Source of the DNA: Azospirillum sp.
GTDB lineage: Bacteria > Pseudomonadota > Alphaproteobacteria > CACIAM-22H2
Assembly: GCA_020249045.1 (NCBI GenBank)
Contig: JADCGK010000003.1
Location: 17,077-81,076 of the forward strand
Direction: 5' to 3'
DNA: 64,000 nt
In this document: in pieces, positions 1 through 8,555 of the stretch
Numbering within the stretch: the first letter of the stretch is position 1
Layout: each line of letters opens with the position of its first letter
Notes under the pieces: model-generated
What the model saw: the letters and a program-made list of their open reading frames with translations, nothing else
Told to the model about the DNA's origin: nothing
Database searches by the model: none
Position numbers and translations under genes: made by a program

Positions 1-88
1 GCTGACCCAGAACGTCCGGCGGATTCAGACCCGACTCAGGTCGCCATGCGATCCCTGCGGCCTCGCCGCCACGGATCGCCGCCGCGCC

Positions 89-592
89 ATGACCACATTG
101 ACGAGCGCCGACTACCGCCTCGAGCCGTTCGAAACGGCGACGTGGCACGCCCGCCCGCGCGCGGTCTACGCGCATTGGCGCGGCTTGCCGCGCACCAACG
201 GCCCGTTGCCCGCGCGCGGCAGTTTCGATGCGTTCGCAGTACCGGGCGCGCTGGGGTGGCTGTGGCTGCACGACGTCGAACGCGCGCCCTTCCGGCTGCG
301 CTGCCGCCTGTTCGGCTCGTTGCTCGCCCAATGCGTCGGCACGGACATCACGGGCGAATATCTCGACGCGCGACCGCTCGTCGACGCAGGCCGCCCGCTC
401 GATATCGACCGTCTGCGCGCGAGCGCGATCGACGGAAGACCCACCTGGACGCGCAGGGGCCTGGAACTCGCGCACGGCCAATCCTGGGCCGAGGTCGAAA
501 GCCTGATCCTGCCCTTCGCGGCCGACGGGCATACGCCGGACATGGTGCTCGGCGTTTCGACCTATTATCGCAGCGACGGGTCGGTCGTCTGA
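89..592 (+). CDS. Hypothetical protein, PAS_5-like (DUF1457-type) domain; paralog of the C-terminal domain of the adjacent response regulator
   Basis: ATG at 89 verified, TGA at 590-592. 167 aa. Shares the motif pattern [LV]xVERxPxR[LF]RxRxxGxxLAxxxGxDxTGxxLD ... LxLPF with the C-terminal 160 aa of the 606-1535 product. Family name is recalled from memory, not searched. Confidence 0.55.
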   Translation: MTTLTSADYRLEPFETATWHARPRAVYAHWRGLPRTNGPLPARGSFDAFAVPGALGWLWLHDVERAPFRLRCRLFGSLLAQCVGTDITGEYLDARPLVDAGRPLDIDRLRASAIDGRPTWTRRGLELAHGQSWAEVESLILPFAADGHTPDMVLGVSTYYRSDGSVV

Positions 593-605
593 GCGCGCGC
601 GCCGG

Positions 606-1535
606 TCACTCGAAGCAAGCGAGAACGGCCGTCACGCGATCGTCTTCGCCGAAGGGCAGCAGCAAGCGGCGATAGTCGACCAGGAAAAGCGTCTGGATCG
701 CGCGCACGCGCTTGTAGTGCGGCGCGCGTTCGGCCAGCACCTTCGCGTAGGCCGGTTCGGCGTGCCGCCGGAACAGAAAAGGCTGTTCGTCCAGGCAATG
801 CCCGGTCGGATCGCGGCCGAGCCGTGCGGCGAGCGCCGCGCCGACGTGCCGATAGCGCAAGCGCGGGCCCGGCCGCTCCACCTCGACCAGCGCGAGCATC
901 GCCGCGGCCGCGGCGGCATCGTCCAATCGCCATTCGGCCAGCGCGGCGCGCGACGGCAGACGCGCGCGTCCGCGCGCGCGGTTCCAGGCCTCCAGGAACG
1001 CGCGCATCGGCGCGCTCGCCTCGCGTTTGAAGGCGAGACCTTCCGCGCCGCGCAGCCATTCGTCGTTGCCGCGCACGCGCGCGAAGGTGCGGATCAGCTT
1101 CTCGCGCACTTGCTTGGGCGAGATGGGCTTGACCAGATAGGCCGTGATCTCGTGCGCGCGCGCGGCCGCCACGGCGGCCTCGCGCCCGTCGCCGGTGACC
1201 ATCACGAACGGCAAATCGGGATCGAGTTCGCGCAAGCGCCGGCGCAGTTCGAAGCCGTCCATCCCGGGCATGTGCAGGTCGCACAGCACCACGTCGAACC
1301 GAGCGGCGCCGCTGCGCACCAACCCCAGCGCCTCCTCGCCGGATTCGGCCGTCATCGCCACGCTGACGCCCATGCTTTCGAGCATTTTTCGCGCGAGATT
1401 GCGCGCGAAGGCGTCGTCGTCCACGATCAACGCCGCGAAATCGGACGGGAAAGTTTCCGGCGAATCCTGCGTCACGTCCCGCTTCCGTTGGCTGGCGCCG
1501 ACCGGGCGCCTGATCCCCGCCCCGAAATCGCGCAT
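606..1535 (-). CDS. Response regulator: N-terminal receiver (REC) domain fused to a PAS_5-like output domain
   Basis: Start codon (cat) verified at 1533-1535. The product MRDFGAG...ALIVDDD...DVVLCDLHMPGMDGFEL...AYLVKP is a classic REC domain with the acidic pocket and conserved K. The C-terminal ~160 aa are homologous to the ORF at 89-592. The rest of the 827-aa track ORF is antisense artefact. Confidence 0.7.
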   Translation of the reverse strand: MRDFGAGIRRPVGASQRKRDVTQDSPETFPSDFAALIVDDDAFARNLARKMLESMGVSVAMTAESGEEALGLVRSGAARFDVVLCDLHMPGMDGFELRRRLRELDPDLPFVMVTGDGREAAVAAARAHEITAYLVKPISPKQVREKLIRTFARVRGNDEWLRGAEGLAFKREASAPMRAFLEAWNRARGRARLPSRAALAEWRLDDAAAAAAMLALVEVERPGPRLRYRHVGAALAARLGRDPTGHCLDEQPFLFRRHAEPAYAKVLAERAPHYKRVRAIQTLFLVDYRRLLLPFGEDDRVTAVLACFE

Positions 1536-1610
1536 TTTGGCCGCGCGCGCAAGATCGCCCGCGTGATCCGCCGGCGGGTCGACGGCGTACTGACCGATGG
1601 GGAGCCATCG

Positions 1611-2393
1611 ATGATCAAAACCTTCGCCGCCACGGTCGCAGCTTTGCTGTGTGCCGCGGCACCCGTCGCCGCCTTCGATCTGGTCGCGTTGACCGATCGC
1701 AACGAATTGATCCGCTTCCGGGATTCCGAGCCGGGCCGGACCGCCATGGTCGCGATCCTGGGAACGGAAGGGCGCGTCCTCGCCATCGACGTGCGCCCGG
1801 CGAACCGCACTCTTTACGCGATCGACGACAAAAGCACGCTCTACACCCTCGACCCGCACACCGGCCACGCCGCGAAGATCGCGACGCTCTCGGCGGCGCT
1901 GGAGGACGCGACCCATGCGCTCGCCGACTTCAACCCGCAGGCCGACCGGTTGCGCGTGATCGGCGCCGGCGGCCAGTCGTTGCGCGTGAACGTCGAAACG
2001 GGCCAGACGGTCGTGGACGGGCGACTCAAATTCGCGCCCGGCGACGCCCATGCCGGCAAAACGCCGCGTGTGCTGGCGGGCGCATATTTGAATTCGATCC
2101 CCAACGCGCCGAACACGCAGCTGTTCGAATACGACGCCGAAACCGGCGCCTATCTGATCCAAGATCCGCCCAACGACGGCGTGCTGCAAACGGTGGGCGA
2201 TCCGCCGCTGCCCGCGGGCGTCGCCGTCGACGCGATGGACATCCACACGACGCCCGATATGCGCGACTACACGGGCTTCGCCGTCGCGCGGAACAATCTC
2301 TACCGCTTCGCCATTTCCTCGGGCCGCTTGACGCCCGTGGGGCCGATCGCCGCGGGCGCGCGGCGCGTGGTGGACATCGCGGTCTTGCCGTAA
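1611..2393 (+). CDS. Secreted DUF4394-family protein (predicted beta-propeller)
   Basis: ATG at 1611 verified, GGAG 6 nt upstream. N-terminal signal peptide MIKTFAATVAALLCAAAPVAA. Repeated DxxTGxxY-like motifs. TAA at 2391-2393. Confidence 0.65.
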   Translation: MIKTFAATVAALLCAAAPVAAFDLVALTDRNELIRFRDSEPGRTAMVAILGTEGRVLAIDVRPANRTLYAIDDKSTLYTLDPHTGHAAKIATLSAALEDATHALADFNPQADRLRVIGAGGQSLRVNVETGQTVVDGRLKFAPGDAHAGKTPRVLAGAYLNSIPNAPNTQLFEYDAETGAYLIQDPPNDGVLQTVGDPPLPAGVAVDAMDIHTTPDMRDYTGFAVARNNLYRFAISSGRLTPVGPIAAGARRVVDIAVLP

Positions 2394-2409
2394 GCGCCGC
2401 GCGCGCCGA

Positions 2410-2745
2410 TCAATCGGCGGCCGTGCCCGCCGCCAGGAACGCCGCGAGGATTTCCTCGACATAAGGCTCCGCGGGCTTGCGCAGATCCCACGTGCCGGCG
2501 GCGAATCCCTCGGCCTGGCGCACGAGTTTGCCGCGCCCGCGCACTTCCACCGTACCGGCCGAATCGCGGATGCCGAGCACGAAATCGAAAGGCTGGGTCG
2601 CTGCGGCGAGATCCGTATCCGCGCGCACGCGGAAGCCGTTGCGGCTCCAATCGGCCACGGGGTAGGACACGCCGTCGACCAGCATCGTGCCGGTGGCGAC
2701 GGATTTGCGCGGTTGGGTCCGCCGTTCGGTGGAGTCGTTTTCCAT
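2410..2745 (-). CDS. PilZ domain protein (putative c-di-GMP receptor)
   Basis: 111 aa. RRTQPR (RxxxR) and DWSRNGFRV (DxSxxG) motifs. Start and stop codons verified. Confidence 0.65.
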   Translation of the reverse strand: MENDSTERRTQPRKSVATGTMLVDGVSYPVADWSRNGFRVRADTDLAAATQPFDFVLGIRDSAGTVEVRGRGKLVRQAEGFAAGTWDLRKPAEPYVEEILAAFLAAGTAAD

Positions 2746-2757
2746 GACGGCGGGACG

Positions 2758-3660
2758 TTAGCGGAGTTCGGGCGCCCCGGAAAGGGCCCGCACGAAGCGC
2801 GGTTCGCCCGCGTAGACGAAGCCGCCCAACGGCCGCTCGCGGTTGCCGAGTTCGGGAAAAATCCGCGCGAGTCGGACCGAGACCCCGCCGGGCGCGTCGG
2901 ACAGCGTCGCCGCGTAGCGTCCCGCCCCGGCCGAAAACTCGAACGTCCACAAGGCCGGTCCGCGGTCGCGGTCGCGATGTTCGGGCAGCCCGCGCCACGG
3001 CGCGCCCGTGCGCAGCGCGCGGACCAATTCGGGCAACGCGGGTTCGAGTTCGGCGAGCGCTGGCCGGCGCGCTTGGATGCTGGCCGCATCGTTGGGATCG
3101 GGCGCTTCGATGCGGCCGTCGAGCCGGGTTTCTAGAACCACGCGGCAGACCGGCGCGCGCGCCGCCCCCGTCCGCGCGACGGGATAAAGATCGATCCGCG
3201 CCTCATGCACGCGAACATGAGCAAGATAGCCGCGCCCGGCCACGCCGACCGGGCGCAGCGCGTCGGGCGCGCACAACGCGCCGTCCCCGCCCACCGGCGG
3301 ATCGGCCAGCGCGCGTACGCCGCCCTCCTCGGCGCGATAAAGCGCGAAAACCTGGCAGCGTGCGCTGCCCTCGCGCAGTTCGACGAAGCGCACGCCCGGA
3401 ACATGCGGAACCCCGGCGCGGCGCGCGCCGTCCGCCGCCCGGAACCCGGTGCCGCCCAAGCGGATGTCGGCGCGCGCGAAGGCGGGCATGACGGCGCCGG
3501 GAATTGCGTCTTCGGCGAGCGCGCGGCCCATTGCGGCGGCCGGCGCCCCCGTTTCGAAACGCGCGTCGATCGCCGCCGCCAGCGCGTCGCATGGCGTCCG
3601 GGCGACGGCGGGTGCCGCGATCAGCGCCGCGCTAAGTGCGGCGGAAAGCGTAGGTCGCAT
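2758..3660 (-). CDS. Hypothetical secreted protein (Ala/Arg-rich)
   Basis: Start assigned at MRPTLSAALSAALIAAPAVA (signal-peptide-like); cat verified at 3658-3660. No recognisable domain. A long ORF in 70% GC DNA could be partly spurious. Confidence 0.4.
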   Translation of the reverse strand: MRPTLSAALSAALIAAPAVARTPCDALAAAIDARFETGAPAAAMGRALAEDAIPGAVMPAFARADIRLGGTGFRAADGARRAGVPHVPGVRFVELREGSARCQVFALYRAEEGGVRALADPPVGGDGALCAPDALRPVGVAGRGYLAHVRVHEARIDLYPVARTGAARAPVCRVVLETRLDGRIEAPDPNDAASIQARRPALAELEPALPELVRALRTGAPWRGLPEHRDRDRGPALWTFEFSAGAGRYAATLSDAPGGVSVRLARIFPELGNRERPLGGFVYAGEPRFVRALSGAPELR

Positions 3661-4585
3661 CGAGCCGTTCTTTGAGATACGCCGCCCCCGTCGTCGGCGG
3701 ATAGCGCGGCGGGCCGCCGAGTGCGAGGCATTCGACCGGCGCGTCGGCGTTGGGATCGAGGAAGAAGGCGACCGACCGGCGTTCGCGTCCCGACCGGTTG
3801 ACCACCCGATGCGGCGTCGAAACATAGACGTCGTTCGACCAGCGCATCAGGCAATCGCCGATGTTGCACACGAAACTGCCCGGTATCGGCGGGGCGGCGA
3901 TCCAGTCGCCGTCGCGCGCGCGCACTTCCAGGCCGCCGGCGTCGTCCTGCCAAAGAATCGTGACGTCGCCGTAGTCGGTGTGCGGCGCTGCACCGTATTG
4001 CGCGCCGTCGAAAACGCCGGGATGCGGCGGATAATGCAGCAGCCGCAGCGTGGCGAGCGGCTTGTCGATCTTGTCGGCGAAGAAATCCGGCGCCAGCCCC
4101 AGATCGCGCGCGAAGGCGCGATGCAACGCTTGGCCGAGCGCGAGCATCGCGTCGTAGTAGGCCATCAACGCACCGCGGAACCCGGCGGGTTGCCCGGGCC
4201 ATTGATTGGGTCCGTGGAACGGCTTGCCCGCGAGCAGGTCGGGATCGTCGGGCGCCAATTCGCGCCCCATATTGAAGGCTTCCTTGGCGTCGCCGGGCCG
4301 GCCCGGATCGAGCGCTTCGCCCTCGAACGGCACGTAGCCGCGATTGTGGCGCGACTTCGCGATCGACACGGCGAGTTTTTCCGCCGCCGGCAGGGCGAAA
4401 AACGCCGCCCCCGCCGCCAGCAGATCGGCGAGCGTGCGCTCGGCCACGCCGTGATTGGCGACATAGAAAAAGCCGGTGCCCCGGCACGCGGCCCCGATCG
4501 CGCGCGCGACCGCCACTTCGTCGCGCGCGAGATCGACGACCGGGATTTCGCCGTCCTTCGGCGGCCGCGCGGGACGCTCGTTCAT
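3632..4585 (-). CDS. 2OG-Fe(II) oxygenase, isopenicillin-N-synthase-like family
   Basis: Start MNERPARPPKDGEIPVVDL verified (cat at 4583-4585). HTDYGDVTIL (HxD) and TPHRV (distal His) iron-binding motifs. 317 aa. Confidence 0.75.
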   Translation of the reverse strand: MNERPARPPKDGEIPVVDLARDEVAVARAIGAACRGTGFFYVANHGVAERTLADLLAAGAAFFALPAAEKLAVSIAKSRHNRGYVPFEGEALDPGRPGDAKEAFNMGRELAPDDPDLLAGKPFHGPNQWPGQPAGFRGALMAYYDAMLALGQALHRAFARDLGLAPDFFADKIDKPLATLRLLHYPPHPGVFDGAQYGAAPHTDYGDVTILWQDDAGGLEVRARDGDWIAAPPIPGSFVCNIGDCLMRWSNDVYVSTPHRVVNRSGRERRSVAFFLDPNADAPVECLALGGPPRYPPTTGAAYLKERLDATYAFRRT

Positions 4586-5406
4586 CGCGGCCGAAGTCCG
4601 CCCGACAGCGCGTGCATGAAGATCGCCGCCGTGGCCGCAACGTTCAGCGATTGCACGCGGCCCGAACCGGGCAGTGTTGCGACCTTCTCGCACGCGGCGA
4701 GGGTTTCGGGCGACAATCCGCGTTCCTCGTTGCCCAGAACCAGGCACACGGGCTTGGCCGCCTTGGCGAGTTCGGCGACCGGCAACGGCGCGCCGGTGTC
4801 GAGCGAGGTTCCGACGACGACGTAGAAATCCCGCAAGCGGCGAAGCACGTCGGGCAAGCGGTGGATCCTGTAAAGGTCGGTCCAAACGAGACCGCCTTCG
4901 GAGACGCGATACGCCGCCTCGGAAGGTCCAGCCTGATCGGGGCGGTCGGAAATCGCCAGATGCGGAATGCCGAAGAACGCCGCCGTGCGGGCGATCGCGC
5001 CCAAATTATGCGGGTTGCCGATTCCGTCGAGCACGATCAGCGGGATCCAGCGCCGCGCCCAGGCTTGCGCTTGGCCCAGATCGAAGGGTTTGGCCGGACG
5101 CGGCGGCGTTTCGGCGACGATGCCGCCGTTGAGCGCGGTGCCCGCGATCTTTTCGAGCGCGCCCGCCGGCACGATGCGATGGGCGATGCCGCGCGCGTTG
5201 GCTTCGCGCAGCAAGGGCCCCGCGGCCTCGGCCAGTTCGGGGGTCACGATCAGGCGCTGCACCGCCTCGGGCGCGCGCAAGAACAGCGCTTCGACCGCCG
5301 GCAGCCCCGCCACGCGCAGAACCTCGCGCCGATGGGGGGTGCCGCGGGTCGGGGCCGCCGGCTTGCGGCGCGAAAAGTGAGGTTTTCCGGTCACGGGGAC
5401 CGGCAT
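4582..5406 (-). CDS. rlmB: TrmH/SpoU-family rRNA 2'-O-methyltransferase (RlmB-like, with N-terminal L30e-like substrate-binding domain)
   Basis: 274 aa; cat verified at 5404-5406. C-terminal motifs LVLGNEERGLS ... SLNVAATAAI typical of SpoU methyltransferases. ATGA overlap with the oxygenase start at 4582-4585. Confidence 0.7.
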   Translation of the reverse strand: MPVPVTGKPHFSRRKPAAPTRGTPHRREVLRVAGLPAVEALFLRAPEAVQRLIVTPELAEAAGPLLREANARGIAHRIVPAGALEKIAGTALNGGIVAETPPRPAKPFDLGQAQAWARRWIPLIVLDGIGNPHNLGAIARTAAFFGIPHLAISDRPDQAGPSEAAYRVSEGGLVWTDLYRIHRLPDVLRRLRDFYVVVGTSLDTGAPLPVAELAKAAKPVCLVLGNEERGLSPETLAACEKVATLPGSGRVQSLNVAATAAIFMHALSGGLRPR

Positions 5407-5505
5407 AGCGCAGCCGCGCGGCGGCGGCCAGCCCCCTTGGCGTTGCAAGGGTGCCGAAGGGCGCTTAATTTCGCGGACTTTCGTTTGGCGAAGGGTATTC
5501 CGAGG

Positions 5506-7347
5506 ATGAACGGCGTCGATCTCGAACGGATGCGCCACTCGTGCGCGCATGTGCTGGCCGCAGCGGTGATGAAGCTGCACCCGCAAGCGAAGCTGGGCGT
5601 CGGCCCGGCGATCGCGGACGGCTTCTATTACGACATCCACACGCCGACGCCGTTGACCAGCGAAGACCTGCCCGCGATCGAGGCGGAAATGCGCCGTATC
5701 CGCGAGCGCAAATTGCCGTTCGTGCGCGAGGACGTACCGATCGAGGCCGCGGCGGCGCATATGCAGGCGACGGGGCAGGACTACAAGGTTGAGCTGCTGG
5801 AGATGCTGCGCACGCGCGGTTCGACGGCCGCCAAGGGCCTCGACGATCCCAACCTGTTCGACAACGCCGCGCAAGGCGTCGCGAGCGTGTCGTTCTATGG
5901 CCTGGGGGACTTCAAGGATCTGTGCCGCGGCCCGCATGTCGAGCATTCGGGCCAGGTCGGCGCGTTCAAGCTGATGCGGGTGGCCGGCGCCTATTGGCGC
6001 GGGGACAACCGCAATCCGCAATTGACGCGGGTCTACGGCACCTGCTGGGCGAACGAGGCCGATCTGAAGGCCCATCTGTTCCGCCTGGAGGAGGCCGAGA
6101 AGCGCGACCACCGCAAGCTCGGCACGGCGATGGGCCTGTTCCATATCCAGGAGGAGGCGCCCGGCACGGTCTTTTGGCATCCGAAGGGCTGGTCGCTGTT
6201 CCGCGCGATCGAGCGCTACATGCGCGCGAAGCTGGAGGACGGCGGCTACGTCGAAGTGAAGACGCCGCAATTGGTCGACCGCGTGTTCTGGGAGAAATCC
6301 GGCCACTGGGAGAACTATCGCGACGCGATGTTCGTGGCCAAGCCCGGCAAGGAAGGCGAAGAGGAAGACCGCCTTTACGCGATCAAGCCGATGAACTGCC
6401 CGGGCGCGGTGCAGATTTTCCGCCAAGGCCAACGTTCGTACAAGGATCTGCCCTTGCGGCTGGCCGAGTTCGGCGCGTGCCATCGCTACGAACCGTCCGG
6501 CGCGCTGCACGGCATCATGCGCGTGCGCGCCTTCACCCAGGACGACGCGCACATCTTCTGCACCGAGGATCAGATCCCGGACGAGTCCCGGAAATTCTGC
6601 GACCTGCTGCGCGACATCTACAAGGATTTCGGCTTCGCCGATCTGCTGGTCAAATTCTCCGACCGGCCGGAGAAGCGCGCGGGCGAGGATGCGATCTGGG
6701 ACAAGGCGGAGAACGCGCTCGAGAAGGGCGCGCAAGCCGCGGGCCTGACGACGCTGCGAAATCCGGGCGAAGGCGCCTTCTACGGGCCGAAGCTCGAATT
6801 CGTGCTCCGCGACGCGATCGGCCGCGATTGGCAATGCGGCACGCTGCAGGTCGATTTCGTGCTGCCCGAACGGCTCGACGCGAGCTATATCGGCGAGGAC
6901 GGCGCCAAGCACCGTCCGGTCATGCTCCATCGCGCGATCTTGGGCTCGTTCGAGCGCTTCATCGGCATTCTGATCGAGAATTACGCCGGCCGTTTGCCGA
7001 CATGGCTGTCGCCGATCCAAGCGCGCCTGGTGCCGATCGCCGATCGGCACGTGGAATTCGCCAAGGACGTCGCCAAGCGCCTGGCGCGCGCGCAATTGCC
7101 GCACGGCGAGGGCGGGGTGCGCGTGGACATCGACGATTCGACCGAGCGCATGCAGAAGAAGATCCGCAACGCCCAGCTCGAACAGATCCCCTACATGCTG
7201 GTGATCGGCGACAAGGAGGCCGAAGCGGGCAAGGTCGCCGTGCGCTTGCGTTCGGGCAAGGACCTGGGCGCCATGACGGTCGACGAGGCGATCGCGCGGA
7301 TCGCGCAAGAGGTCGACGCGCGCGCCGATCTGCCCGCCCCGGCGTGA
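5506..7347 (+). CDS. thrS: Threonyl-tRNA synthetase lacking the N-terminal TGS domain
   Basis: ATG at 5506 verified. RHSCAHVLAAAV aligns to E. coli ThrS around residue 70. Full N2, catalytic (class II motifs) and anticodon-binding domains present. 613 aa. No in-frame TGS-like sequence upstream. Confidence 0.9.
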   Translation: MNGVDLERMRHSCAHVLAAAVMKLHPQAKLGVGPAIADGFYYDIHTPTPLTSEDLPAIEAEMRRIRERKLPFVREDVPIEAAAAHMQATGQDYKVELLEMLRTRGSTAAKGLDDPNLFDNAAQGVASVSFYGLGDFKDLCRGPHVEHSGQVGAFKLMRVAGAYWRGDNRNPQLTRVYGTCWANEADLKAHLFRLEEAEKRDHRKLGTAMGLFHIQEEAPGTVFWHPKGWSLFRAIERYMRAKLEDGGYVEVKTPQLVDRVFWEKSGHWENYRDAMFVAKPGKEGEEEDRLYAIKPMNCPGAVQIFRQGQRSYKDLPLRLAEFGACHRYEPSGALHGIMRVRAFTQDDAHIFCTEDQIPDESRKFCDLLRDIYKDFGFADLLVKFSDRPEKRAGEDAIWDKAENALEKGAQAAGLTTLRNPGEGAFYGPKLEFVLRDAIGRDWQCGTLQVDFVLPERLDASYIGEDGAKHRPVMLHRAILGSFERFIGILIENYAGRLPTWLSPIQARLVPIADRHVEFAKDVAKRLARAQLPHGEGGVRVDIDDSTERMQKKIRNAQLEQIPYMLVIGDKEAEAGKVAVRLRSGKDLGAMTVDEAIARIAQEVDARADLPAPA

Positions 7348-7372
7348 GCGGGCGGCCGCCGCCGCGCGGCGC

Positions 7373-7561
7373 CTAGCACATGCCGAACCAGGCGAAGGCG
7401 CCGTAGCACGCGCCGAAGGCGCCGCGCAGGACCGCGAACACGACGACGTCGAGTGCCGCCAGCGCGGCCAAGAACGGCACCGCGTAGCGCCACAGCGGAA
7501 CGGCGAGCGCGCGCCATGTGCGCTTGGCCGCGGGGATCGCATGGCCGTAGACGCGCTTCAT
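7373..7561 (-). CDS. Small hydrophobic membrane protein (62 aa)
   Basis: cat verified at 7559-7561. Forms an ATGA overlap with the stop of the upstream FemAB-family gene. Product MKRVYGHAIPAAKRTWRALAVPLWRYAVPFLAALAALDVVVFAV has two predicted TM helices. Confidence 0.4.
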   Translation of the reverse strand: MKRVYGHAIPAAKRTWRALAVPLWRYAVPFLAALAALDVVVFAVLRGAFGACYGAFAWFGMC

Positions 7562-8454
7562 AGATAGGTGCCCGCGAGTTCGAAGGGGACGGCACCGGTG
7601 CCGAGTTTGAACCGCGCGAGGCCGGCGCTGCGCTCGGTTTCGAGCGTGCCCAGATCGAGCGTGCGAACGCCCGCGGCCTTCAACGCCGTCGCCGCGCGCC
7701 ACAGCACGAGATTGGCGGCATTGCGCGCGCGTCCTTCGGGCGTGGCGGCGGCGACGTAATAGGTCGCATCTGGCCCATGGCGCAGGAAAAGCGCGCCCGC
7801 CACCGGCTCGCGCTTGTCCAGCGCCACCGCCACCAGGCATTCGCGCCCACCTTTGAGTTCGGCGAGCCGCGCCACGAATTCGGGCGGCGGCGCCTCGAAG
7901 CCCTTCGCGCGGCGCACGGCCTCGCCTTGCGCCACGACCCAATCGACCCACTTGCCGCGCGGCGCGAGTTCCACACGCAAGCCAGCGCGCTCGGCCGCCT
8001 TCAGGCGGTTCCGCCATTTCTGGTGCAAGCCCGCGCGAAGCGCCGCTTCGCTCGCGCCCGCCAGCCGCCACAGCGCGAGCGTGGTGCCGGTATGCACGCG
8101 CGCCCGGCCCAGCAGCCGCGCCGCGTTCGCGCGTGCAGCGGCGATTTCGGGCGACGTCAAGGACGCGGCGAACGGCCAGCCGGGCAGCTCGGCGAGCAGT
8201 GCGGGCCAGGCGGCCGGATCGCCCACCGGTCCGCGCAAGGCGGCCCAAATCTCGAAGAAGCCGAGCCAGCGCCGCCCGATCGCCTGCAGACACGCGACCG
8301 GCGCGCCCTTCGCGAACGCGACGTAACGCCGCACGTCGCGGCCCTGCCAGCGCGCGGCGAGGCCGTATTCCCAATCCTGCTGCAGCGGGAAAAACGGCGC
8401 GGCTTCGGCCGCTTGGGCCCAAATTCGACGGTCGGGGTCGGCGAGAATTTCCAT
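7558..8454 (-). CDS. FemAB-family (aminoacyl-tRNA-dependent peptidyltransferase-like, GNAT fold) protein
   Basis: 298 aa; ATG verified at 8452-8454. C-terminal region LVAVALDKREPVAGALFLRHGPDATYYVAAATPEGRARNAANLVLW is typical of the FemAB/BioF2-like acetyltransferase family. Confidence 0.6.
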   Translation of the reverse strand: MEILADPDRRIWAQAAEAAPFFPLQQDWEYGLAARWQGRDVRRYVAFAKGAPVACLQAIGRRWLGFFEIWAALRGPVGDPAAWPALLAELPGWPFAASLTSPEIAAARANAARLLGRARVHTGTTLALWRLAGASEAALRAGLHQKWRNRLKAAERAGLRVELAPRGKWVDWVVAQGEAVRRAKGFEAPPPEFVARLAELKGGRECLVAVALDKREPVAGALFLRHGPDATYYVAAATPEGRARNAANLVLWRAATALKAAGVRTLDLGTLETERSAGLARFKLGTGAVPFELAGTYL

Positions 8455-8555
8455 CGTCGATTCGTCCGGTTGGCGCGCACGCAGTATGCCCCATCCGCGC
8501 GGGCCGGCCGGTTAAGATTTCTTTCATTCTGCTGGCGCAGATTTTCGGGCGACCG

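Noticed and set aside
606-3089. 827-aa minus-strand ORF in the track
   Set aside because: Only the 3' ~930 nt (606-1535) encode a recognisable protein (REC + PAS-like). The remainder is antisense to the DUF4394 and PilZ genes and has a low-complexity Arg/Ala/Gly composition typical of spurious high-GC ORFs.
4612-5505. Upstream extension of the thrS ORF (911-aa track ORF) as a possible TGS domain
   Set aside because: The translation upstream of 5506 has no TGS-like sequence and is antisense to the rlmB-like and oxygenase genes. A stop interrupts any alternative frame.
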